In this document: in pieces, positions 53,827 to 61,557 of the stretch
How positions within the stretch are numbered: position 1 is the first letter of the stretch
How the letters are laid out: the number at the start of each line of letters is the position of its first letter
NCBI GenBank assembly: GCA_052390255.1
Contig: JBQTHC010000006.1
Location: 842-64,841 of the forward strand
Source: Microthrixaceae bacterium
GTDB lineage: Bacteria; Actinomycetota; Acidimicrobiia; Acidimicrobiales; VFJN01
DNA length: 64,000 bases
Reading direction: 5' to 3'
Notes under the pieces: generated by a model
What the model saw: only the letters and a program-made list of their open reading frames with translations
What the model was told of the DNA's origin: nothing
The model's database searches: none
Program-made: the position numbers and the translations under genes

Positions 53827-54678
53827 GTGGCTCTGACCCTGTCCGATCGCCTGTCGCGCCTCGGGTACGCGCGTGCGCGCCAGCTCCTGGTCGTCACGGG
53901 GCTCGCGGTGCTCGCGGTCGTGGTCGTCGTGATGTACGCGCGGCGCGTCGACGGCATCGAGGTGGCAGCGACGCTGCTGTTCGTGCCCATCTTCCTCGCG
54001 TTCGTGTTCCAGGGCGTGGTCGGAGGTCTGCTCGGGGCGATCGCCGCGATCGGCGTCTACACCGCCCTTCGCTACCCGGCCATCGATGCCGTTGGTGGCG
54101 CCGAGTTCACCGGGCTCATCGTGTCGCGCGCCGCGGCGTACCTGATCTTCGGCGCCGTGGGTGGATGGTCCACGCAGGTGCTCGAGAGCTCGCTCACCAA
54201 GCTGGAGCTCTACGACGAGGTCGACGACGAGACCGGACTGTTCAACGCGCGGCACCTTCTCCACCAGGTCGATCTCGAGATCGCACGCGCGCGGCGCTAC
54301 CAGACGCTCTTCTCCGTGGTCCTGCTCGATCTGCCCGTGGCACCGTTCAGCGCGCTGACGTCGAAGCGGCGGCGGCTCGTGCTGCGCGACCTCGGTCGCC
54401 TGTTGGGGGAGGGGGTGCGCAACGTCGACCACGTCGTGCACGTCCGTACCGGTGAAGCACACCGGTTCGCGATCGTGCTCCCCGAGACCGCGCACGACGG
54501 CGCGGAGGTGTTCCGGGCCCGCTTCGACGAGCGCGTCCGCACCTATCTGATGGACCGAGGGGTCGTGGTCGATGCCGACCACCTGCCGGCGCGCGCGCTG
54601 ACCTTCCCCGGTGACGACGACGCTGTGGAGTCGATGCGCGAGGAGTTCGCTCGACTCGACGCCACCCAGCACCGCTGA
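53827..54678 (+). CDS. membrane protein with a degenerate GGDEF (diguanylate-cyclase-like) domain
   Basis: Four or five TM segments, then DETGLFNARHL (the DxLTGLxNR-like entry). The GGDEF position reads GEAHRF (RTGEAHRFAIVLPET). The start is GTG 53827. Confidence 0.65.
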   Translation: MALTLSDRLSRLGYARARQLLVVTGLAVLAVVVVVMYARRVDGIEVAATLLFVPIFLAFVFQGVVGGLLGAIAAIGVYTALRYPAIDAVGGAEFTGLIVSRAAAYLIFGAVGGWSTQVLESSLTKLELYDEVDDETGLFNARHLLHQVDLEIARARRYQTLFSVVLLDLPVAPFSALTSKRRRLVLRDLGRLLGEGVRNVDHVVHVRTGEAHRFAIVLPETAHDGAEVFRARFDERVRTYLMDRGVVVDADHLPARALTFPGDDDAVESMREEFARLDATQHR

Positions 54679-54731
54679 TCCTCGGGCCCCGGAACGCACC
54701 GCGGGACCTCGGGCGCCGCTGGTGCTACCGT

Positions 54732-54802
54732 CGAATCACACCGGTGTAGTTCGTCCACAGCCTGTGGACGAACCCCTGTGGACGGCCTGTGGACAGGCCG
54801 TC
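54732..54802. promoter_or_regulatory. cluster of three palindromes and four GTCCACA (DnaA-box-like) motifs upstream of dnaE
   Basis: ACACCGGTGT lies at 54738-54747. A 25-bp palindrome GTTCGTCCACAG-C-CTGTGGACGAAC lies at 54749-54773. GACGGCCTGT-GG-ACAGGCCGTC lies at 54781-54802. CTGTGGAC occurs at 54762, 54776 and 54787, plus the inverted copy GTCCACAG at 54753. Confidence 0.6.
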
Positions 54803-54850
54803 TCGTGTTCGGGACCAGGACGGCGACAGGCCCAGGGAGGTGCGCTCGAG

Positions 54851-57800
54851 GTGGCTGACAGCTTCACGCACCTCCATGTGCACACCGAGTACTCGATGCT
54901 CGACGGCGCAGCCCGGATCGCCGACGTGGTCGGGTCCGCCGCGGCGGATGGCCAGCCGGCGATCGGCATCACTGACCACGGCAACATGTACGGCGTCCTC
55001 GACTTCTACAAGGAGTGCCAGAAGCAGGGGATCAAGCCAGTGATCGGCTCCGAGCTCTACATGGCGCACGAGAGCCGCCACGAGCGCCCGTCGCGCCGCG
55101 GTCGGATGGATGACGGTGGCGGCGACGCCGAGGGCGGCACGAAGCTCTACTACCACCTCACCGCGCTGGCGGAGACCGACGAGGGCTACCGGAACCTCAT
55201 CCAGCTCTCGAGCCGCGCCTACCTCGAGGGCTACTTCTACAAGCCGCGTTGCGACTTCGCCCTGCTCGACGAGCACAGCGAGGGCCTGATCGTCACGTCA
55301 GGCTGCCTCGGTGGGCACGTCCTGCAGAGCCTCCTGCACGACGACTTCGAGGGCGCCGTGAAGGCGGCGGGCCGGCTGCAGGACATCTTCGGTCGCGACA
55401 GCTTCTTCATCGAGCTGCAGGATCACGGGATCCCGGAGCAGCGGCGCACCAACCCCCAGCTCCTCGAGATCGCCGCACACCTCCAAGCGCCGTTGGTCGC
55501 GACCAACGACAGCCACTACGTGCACCAGGGCGACTCCGTCGCGCACGACGCGCTCCTGTGCGTGCAGACCGGCTCGCAGATGAGCGACCCCGATCGGTTC
55601 AAGTTCCACGGCGACCAGCACTACCTGAAGCCCGCTCAGGAGATGCGCTACCTGTTCGACGAGCTCCCCGAGGCCTGCGACAACACGCTCTGGATCGCCG
55701 AGCGCGCCAACGTCACGATCGAGTTCGGCAAGCCGCAGCTACCGGACTTCCCGCTTCCCGAGGGCTTCGTGTCCGACGCGGCCTACCTGCGCCACCTCAC
55801 GATGGAAGGAGCCGCACGTCGGTGGGGCTCGCACCTCACCGATGCGATCGTCGCTCGGCTCGACTACGAGCTCGGCGTCATCGACAGCATGGGGTTCTCG
55901 TCGTACTTCTTGATCGTCTGGGACCTCATCAAGCACGCGCGCGACAACGGCATTCGGGTCGGGCCGGGGCGGGGGAGCGCGGCCGGCTGCGCGGTCGCGT
56001 ACTCGTTGTGGATCACCGACCTCGATCCGATCGAGTACGACCTGCTGTTCGAGCGCTTCCTCAACCCGCAGCGCGTGTCGATGCCCGACATCGACATGGA
56101 CTTCGACTCGCGCTATCGGGACGAGATGATCCGCTACGCGGCCGAGCGCTACGGGCGCGACCACGTGGCGCAGATCGTCACCTTCTCCACCATCAAGGCG
56201 CGCGCCGCCGTGCGCGACGCGGCGCGAGTGCTCGGCTACCCGTACGCCGTCGGCGACAAGGTGGCCAAGGCCATGCCGCCACTCGTGATGGGTCGCGACA
56301 CGCCGCTCTACGCGTGTCTCGAGAAGCACGAGAAGTTCGAGGACGGCTACAAGATGGCCGCCGACCTGCGGCGCATGCGAGACGAGGATCCCGACGCCGC
56401 CAAGGTGATCGAGGTGGCCAAGGGCCTCGAGGGCCTCCGGCGTCAGGACGGGATCCACGCTGCCGCGGTGGTGATCACCCGGGAACCCCTCACCACCTAC
56501 CTGCCGATCCAGCGCAAGCCCGTCGGGGGCGAGGATCCGGCAGATGCTCCGGTCGTCACCCAGTACGAGATGCATGGGGTCGAGGACCTCGGCCTGCTCA
56601 AGATGGACTTCCTCGGCCTGCGCAACCTCGACGTGATCAGCGACACCGTCGAGCTGATCCGGGCGACGCGCGACGTCGAGCTCGACATCGACGCCGTCCC
56701 GCTCGACGATCCCGACACGTTCGCGATGCTGCAGCGCGGTGAGGGCATCGGCATCTTCCAGCTGGAAGGCGCACCGATGCGCGCGCTCATGCGCTCGCTC
56801 GCGCCCACGAGCTTCGAGGACGTCTGCGCGCTGCTCGCGCTGTACCGCCCCGGACCCATGGCGGCGAACATGCACAACGACTACGCGGATCGCAAGAACG
56901 GCCGCAAGCCGGTCGAGCACCTGCATCCCGATGCCGCCGAGGTCCTCGGCGACACGTATGGCCTGATGATCTACCAGGAGAGCCTGCTGCGGGTCGCGCA
57001 GCGGTTCGCCGGGTTCACCCTCGCGGAGGCCGACCTCCTGCGCCGCGCGTGCGGCAAGAAGAAGCGTGACCTGATCGCGCTCGAGCGCGAGAAGTTCATC
57101 GCAGGGTGTGAGCGCGAGGGCTACGGAACCCGTCTCGGTGAGCAGTACTTCGACATCATCGAGCCGTTCGCCGACTATGCGTTCGCGAAGTCGCACGCGT
57201 ACGGCTACGGCTACATCGCGTACCAGACCGCCTACCTCAAGGCGCACTACACGGCGGAGTACCTCGCCGCGCTGCTCACGAGCGTGAAGTCGAACCTCGA
57301 CAAGGCGGCGATCTACCTCGCGGAGTGTCGCACGATGGGCATCCCCGTCCTCGTGCCCGACGTGAACCGATCCGAGTCCGACTTCGCGCCGCTCATCGAG
57401 GTCGGTCACGACGGTGCCGAGAAGGCATCGATCGTCTTCGGGCTGTCAGCGATCCGCAACGTCGGCGAAGGCCTCGTGGCACTCCTGCTCGCGGAGCGCG
57501 AGCTCAACGGTCCCTTCGCCGACTTCTACGACTTCTGTGAGCGCGTCGACTTCCAGGTGCTCAACAAGAAGACCCTCGAGTCGCTGATCAAGGCAGGCGG
57601 GTTCGACAGCCTGGGCCACCCGCGCCAGGGCCTGCTGCGTGCCTTCGAGCACATCGTCGACGCCACGGTCGCCCGGCGCCGCGAGCGTGACATGGGCGTG
57701 ATGTCGCTGTTCGGCGACGTCGTCGACAGCGGTCCGATGTTCGACGAGCGCCCGCCGATCCCTGATCTCCAGTTTGCGAAGCGTGAGCAGCTCAGCTTCG

Positions 57801-58393
57801 AGAAGGAGATGCTCGGCCTCTACGTGAGCGACCACCCGCTGATGGGGGCGGAGGCCTCCTTGCGTCGCAAGTGCGATGGCTCACTGGCGGATCTCGCGGA
57901 GCTCGCCGACGGCGACATCCGGACCTTCGGTGGTGTCGTCACGGGGCTCCAGCGCAAGTGGACGAAGAAGGGTGACCTCATGGCGGTCTTCTCGCTCGAG
58001 GACCTGCAGACCTCCGTCGAGGTCATGGTGTTCCCTCGCTCGATGACCGAGCACGGCCACAAGCTCGAGGACGACGCGGTCGTGTTCGTGAAGGCGCGCG
58101 TCGACGCGCGCGACGACCAGCCGAAGCTCATCGCGATGGACATCGAGCCCTTCGAGCCGATGTCGGGTGAGGCGTTCCCGCTACGCATCAAGGTCGCCGC
58201 CGCTGCCGTGTCCGAGGCCGTGATCGAGGACTTGAAGCGCCTGCTCAGCGAGCACCCGGGCGACTCGCCGGTGCTCCTCCACCTCGGGGACAAGCAGGTG
58301 CTGCGTCTTCCCCAGGCGTGGACGGTGAACGTCGTGCCGGCCCTCCTCGCGGAGCTGCGGGTCCTGCTCGGACCGTCCGCGATCCTCGGCTGA
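54851..58393 (+). CDS. dnaE: DNA polymerase III alpha subunit
   Basis: PHP-domain N-terminus FTHLHVHTEYSMLDG, then the polymerase core (PDIDMDF) and an OB fold. GGGAGG at 54835-54840 precedes GTG 54851, giving 1180 aa. Confidence 0.95.
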   Translation: MADSFTHLHVHTEYSMLDGAARIADVVGSAAADGQPAIGITDHGNMYGVLDFYKECQKQGIKPVIGSELYMAHESRHERPSRRGRMDDGGGDAEGGTKLYYHLTALAETDEGYRNLIQLSSRAYLEGYFYKPRCDFALLDEHSEGLIVTSGCLGGHVLQSLLHDDFEGAVKAAGRLQDIFGRDSFFIELQDHGIPEQRRTNPQLLEIAAHLQAPLVATNDSHYVHQGDSVAHDALLCVQTGSQMSDPDRFKFHGDQHYLKPAQEMRYLFDELPEACDNTLWIAERANVTIEFGKPQLPDFPLPEGFVSDAAYLRHLTMEGAARRWGSHLTDAIVARLDYELGVIDSMGFSSYFLIVWDLIKHARDNGIRVGPGRGSAAGCAVAYSLWITDLDPIEYDLLFERFLNPQRVSMPDIDMDFDSRYRDEMIRYAAERYGRDHVAQIVTFSTIKARAAVRDAARVLGYPYAVGDKVAKAMPPLVMGRDTPLYACLEKHEKFEDGYKMAADLRRMRDEDPDAAKVIEVAKGLEGLRRQDGIHAAAVVITREPLTTYLPIQRKPVGGEDPADAPVVTQYEMHGVEDLGLLKMDFLGLRNLDVISDTVELIRATRDVELDIDAVPLDDPDTFAMLQRGEGIGIFQLEGAPMRALMRSLAPTSFEDVCALLALYRPGPMAANMHNDYADRKNGRKPVEHLHPDAAEVLGDTYGLMIYQESLLRVAQRFAGFTLAEADLLRRACGKKKRDLIALEREKFIAGCEREGYGTRLGEQYFDIIEPFADYAFAKSHAYGYGYIAYQTAYLKAHYTAEYLAALLTSVKSNLDKAAIYLAECRTMGIPVLVPDVNRSESDFAPLIEVGHDGAEKASIVFGLSAIRNVGEGLVALLLAERELNGPFADFYDFCERVDFQVLNKKTLESLIKAGGFDSLGHPRQGLLRAFEHIVDATVARRRERDMGVMSLFGDVVDSGPMFDERPPIPDLQFAKREQLSFEKEMLGLYVSDHPLMGAEASLRRKCDGSLADLAELADGDIRTFGGVVTGLQRKWTKKGDLMAVFSLEDLQTSVEVMVFPRSMTEHGHKLEDDAVVFVKARVDARDDQPKLIAMDIEPFEPMSGEAFPLRIKVAAAAVSEAVIEDLKRLLSEHPGDSPVLLHLGDKQVLRLPQAWTVNVVPALLAELRVLLGPSAILG

Positions 58394-58531
58394 ACGCTTC
58401 CTTGACCCACGGGTCACGACCGCTGAGCAGGCTGTTCGCGAACGGCCAGCGCGGAGCCGAGTTGCGCTGAGCGCCCGCGTCTACTGGACTGGTGCGGCCG
58501 AACCACGAGTGATCCGGGGGCTGGAAAGCGA

Positions 58532-59200
58532 ATGTCGATCCAGGTCGAGACCAAGGACTGCACTGCACTGGGTGACGCCGAGCTGGCCGAGCTGGCCGAT
58601 CTCTGCGCCGAGGGACCCATTCCCTACGAGGTCGGGCTGCTGTCGAAGCAGGCCGAGGCATGGGTGCTGATCACGCAGGTGACTGACAACGGCAAGCTCA
58701 AGGGCTTCGCCTTCTCCACGCTCGAGCGGATCGGCGGTACGCCGTGCGTGCTCATCGGGCTGGCGTCGGTCAAGCGCACCGCCAAGCGCGACACCGTGCT
58801 GCGCGCCATCGTGCACGACCAGCTGCGGCGGGCCGTGCTGGCCTTCCCCGACGAGGACGTCCTCATCGGCACCAGGTTCACGACACCGAGCGGCTTCGAG
58901 GCGTTCCGTGCGCTCAACGACGTCGTCCCCCGCCCCGACCACAAGGCCAGTGGTGAGGAGCGCGCGTGGGGACGGCGCCTCGCCAAGCGGTTCGGCATCG
59001 AGGCCTCGGCCTACGACGACCGCACGTTCGTGGCGACCGGCACGGGCTCGCACCCGGAGGTGTTCGACCACGAGAGCCTCAAGCCCGACGCGGTCAAGGC
59101 CGACGTGAAGGCCTTCTTCAAGAGCGTCACGGGGCCCCGCGGCGACTCGCTCGTCGCCTTCGGCTGGGCGATGGCCGAAGACCTCGCCAAGCTGGCCTGA
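58532..59200 (+). CDS. hypothetical protein (possibly GNAT-like fold)
   Basis: 222 aa with balanced, protein-like composition and high third-position GC. I recognise no diagnostic motif. Confidence 0.55.
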   Translation: MSIQVETKDCTALGDAELAELADLCAEGPIPYEVGLLSKQAEAWVLITQVTDNGKLKGFAFSTLERIGGTPCVLIGLASVKRTAKRDTVLRAIVHDQLRRAVLAFPDEDVLIGTRFTTPSGFEAFRALNDVVPRPDHKASGEERAWGRRLAKRFGIEASAYDDRTFVATGTGSHPEVFDHESLKPDAVKADVKAFFKSVTGPRGDSLVAFGWAMAEDLAKLA

Positions 59201-59212
59201 CCCACCACCAAG

Positions 59213-59267
59213 CAACGTCTGTGAACCACCACGTCCGCCATGCGGACGCCAGGGTTCACAGACGTTG
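59213..59267. repeat. nested inverted repeat: 15-bp perfect outer arms (CAACGTCTGTGAACC / GGTTCACAGACGTTG) enclosing a 7-bp inner stem (CGTCCGC-CAT-GCGGACG)
   Basis: Read directly from the sequence. It starts 13 nt after the stop at 59198-59200 and ends 6 nt before ATG 59274. Confidence 0.85.
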
Positions 59268-59273
59268 GTTGTG

Positions 59274-59873
59274 ATGACCTTTCGGGACCTCGTGCGCCGT
59301 CGGCGGATGGTGCGCGCCTTCACGGACGAGCCCGTCGACCCGACCGCGGTGGAGGGTCTGATCGACCTCGCCCGCCGGGCGCCGTCGGCCGGGAACACGC
59401 AGGGCCTGTCCTTCGTGGTGCTGCACGGCGCCGCGGAGACCGAGCGCTACTGGGACGTCACGCTGCCCGCCGATCGCCGCGCGGCGTTCCGCTGGCCCAG
59501 TCTCGTCGATGCGCCGGTGCTCGTCGTCGTGCTCGTCCGCCCCGACGCATGGCCGGAGCGCTACGCGGAGGGTGACAAGGCAGCGACGGGCCTGGGATCC
59601 GCGCTCAACGCGTGGTCGGTGCCCTACTGGTGGGTCGATGCTGGGATGGCGGTGGAGCACCTCCTCCTGGGCGCCCTCGACGCCGGGCTCGGTGCGTGCT
59701 TCTTCGGGCTCTTCGAGCACGAGCAAGCGGTGCTGGCCGCGCTCGACGTGCCGGCGGGCTGGCGCGGGGTCGGGACCCTCGCGCTCGGGCACGCCGCGCC
59801 GGACGAGCCGGGGCGCTCTGCGGCAAGGCCTCGCGCTGCGCTGGCCGACGTGATCCATCGTGGTCGCTGGTAG
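59274..59873 (+). CDS. nitroreductase-family (FMN) protein
   Basis: FRDLVRRRRMVRAF N-terminus and PSAGNTQ motif. ATG 59274 is preferred over TTG 59265 and GTG 59271. Confidence 0.75.
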   Translation: MTFRDLVRRRRMVRAFTDEPVDPTAVEGLIDLARRAPSAGNTQGLSFVVLHGAAETERYWDVTLPADRRAAFRWPSLVDAPVLVVVLVRPDAWPERYAEGDKAATGLGSALNAWSVPYWWVDAGMAVEHLLLGALDAGLGACFFGLFEHEQAVLAALDVPAGWRGVGTLALGHAAPDEPGRSAARPRAALADVIHRGRW

Positions 59874-60443
59874 TCACCCCGCGAGGATCTGATCGAGCTT
59901 CGCTTCCAGCCGATCCACGTCGGCACGGGTCGCGGGCTCTGCGGCACCCCGTAGCGAGAGCAGGATCGTGCCGCCCGGTTCGAGGACCGCACGCTCGACC
60001 GCAGCGAGGGAGGTGGCGCCCTGCTTGCGGAGCGCGAGCACCACGTCGGCACGGCGCAGGCCGAGGCGCGCGAGGGCGTCGTCGTCGAGGCGGCCATCCT
60101 CCGCCAAGGTCGTCGGCGTGCCCTCGAGCAGCCGGTCGAGCGGATCGCTTCGGCGGGCCACTCGCACCACCGCCGCGTTGATCACCACCAAGGTCGCCGC
60201 GCCGAGCAGGCCCCCGAGCAGGCTGTTGTCGTTCCCGATCACGGCGTTCTGCACGACGTTCGAGAGCAGCAGGAGCACCACGAGATCAAAGGTGTTCAGC
60301 TGCGCGAGGTCGCGCTTCCCGGCGAGGCGCAGGAGCAGCAGGATCCCGAGGTAGACGCCCACTGTGCGGATCACCTTCTCGGCGAGCGGCACGGTGACGG
60401 TGAACAGGTCGTTGGAGATCGAGGCGAGAAGTGCGTGCGACAT
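59874..60443 (-). CDS. DUF421/YetF-like membrane protein
   Basis: 189 aa from ATG 60443. Three TM segments (LGILLLLRLAGKRDLAQLNTFDLVVLLLLSNVV) are followed by a soluble C-terminal domain. Its stop abuts the nitroreductase stop. Confidence 0.65.
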   Translation of the reverse strand: MSHALLASISNDLFTVTVPLAEKVIRTVGVYLGILLLLRLAGKRDLAQLNTFDLVVLLLLSNVVQNAVIGNDNSLLGGLLGAATLVVINAAVVRVARRSDPLDRLLEGTPTTLAEDGRLDDDALARLGLRRADVVLALRKQGATSLAAVERAVLEPGGTILLSLRGAAEPATRADVDRLEAKLDQILAG

Positions 60444-60558
60444 GCGAGCAGCCTGACTCAGGTGATCGCAGCGCGCCGGGCAGTTCCCGCGATCCGAGCC
60501 GGCGCGCCCGCCTCGGCCATCCGGATAGCGTGCCCGACGGCGCGTACGAGGAGAAGGC

Positions 60559-61419
60559 ATGGGTGCAGATGCGTTCCGCGGTCGGTCGGCGATCGTCACC
60601 GGGGGCGCGTCCGGGATCGGGCGAGCCCTTGGGGCCGGCCTCCACGCTGCGGGGGCGCACGTCGTGCTCGCCGACCTCGACGCCGATGGGGCCGAGCGGG
60701 AAGCCTGCGCCATTGCGGCCGGCTCGCGCTCGTCCGCGTCCATCACTGGCCTTGCCCTCGATGTCCGGGACCGCGCCGCTGTCGCTGCGCTCGTCGACGA
60801 GGTCGCCGCGCGCCACGGAGGGCTCGACCTCATGGTGAACAACGCCGGCCTCGCGCTCGGTGGCGAGTCCCACCTGATGCCGGCCGAGCACTGGGACCGC
60901 ACGATCGACGTCAACTTGCGCGGCGTCGTGCACGGCGTGCTCGCGGCGTACCCACGAATGGTGGCCCAGGGGCATGGTCACATCGTGAGCGTGGCGTCGA
61001 TGGCCGGACTCGCGCCGACCCCGCTCACCGTCGCGTACACCATGACGAAGCACGCGGTGGTGGGCCTCAGCACCACGCTGCGCCCGGAAGCGGCACTGCA
61101 CGGGGTGCAGGTGACCGTTGTGTGTCCCGGCGCCATCGAGACACCGATCCTCGACAAGGGGCCGCCGGGGGATCTCCCGGCAGATCCGAACGGCACGCTC
61201 ACGTCTCGCCAGTTCCTCGACATGATGCGGATGCGACCGATGCCGGTCGATCGCTTCGCGGTGCAGGCGCTGCGGGGGATCGCCAGGAACCAAGCCATCG
61301 TGATCGTGCCGCGGAGCGGTCGCGGCCTCTGGTATCTCCAGCGGGCGTCGCCAGCCGCCGTGCGCGGGATCGGAGGCATGCTCGTCCGCCGCGTGCTCCG
61401 CCTCAGGCCAACCGGCTGA
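60559..61419 (+). CDS. short-chain dehydrogenase/reductase (SDR)
   Basis: TGGASGIGRA cofactor motif, NNAG, and catalytic YTMTK. GAGGAGAAGG lies upstream of the ATG. Confidence 0.9.
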   Translation: MGADAFRGRSAIVTGGASGIGRALGAGLHAAGAHVVLADLDADGAEREACAIAAGSRSSASITGLALDVRDRAAVAALVDEVAARHGGLDLMVNNAGLALGGESHLMPAEHWDRTIDVNLRGVVHGVLAAYPRMVAQGHGHIVSVASMAGLAPTPLTVAYTMTKHAVVGLSTTLRPEAALHGVQVTVVCPGAIETPILDKGPPGDLPADPNGTLTSRQFLDMMRMRPMPVDRFAVQALRGIARNQAIVIVPRSGRGLWYLQRASPAAVRGIGGMLVRRVLRLRPTG

Positions 61420-61557
61420 GGACCGCTCGCCGCCCACGTCTTGCGCTCGAGGCCGTCCTCGGGTGGCCCGGCGCGCGGCTCCGGCGGCAGGTCGGTCGAC
61501 AACGCTGGGGCTCGCCGGGCGAGCCGATCTGACGGGGCGTCAGATAGGTTCTGGCGC

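Noticed and set aside
54732-54802. The DnaA-box-like cluster as a chromosomal replication origin (oriC).
   Set aside because: Only four degenerate boxes are present. There is no adjacent AT-rich unwinding element and no dnaA/dnaN/rpmH context, and the cluster sits in a 172-bp spacer before dnaE. A regulatory or titration site, or a structured leader, is more plausible.
58402-58416. Palindrome TGACCC-AC-GGGTCA just after the dnaE stop, containing TTGACC, as a promoter or operator for the next gene.
   Set aside because: No matching -10 hexamer lies at 16-19 nt. The stem is short (6 bp) with a 2-nt spacer, so it cannot form an RNA hairpin. The evidence is too weak to call.
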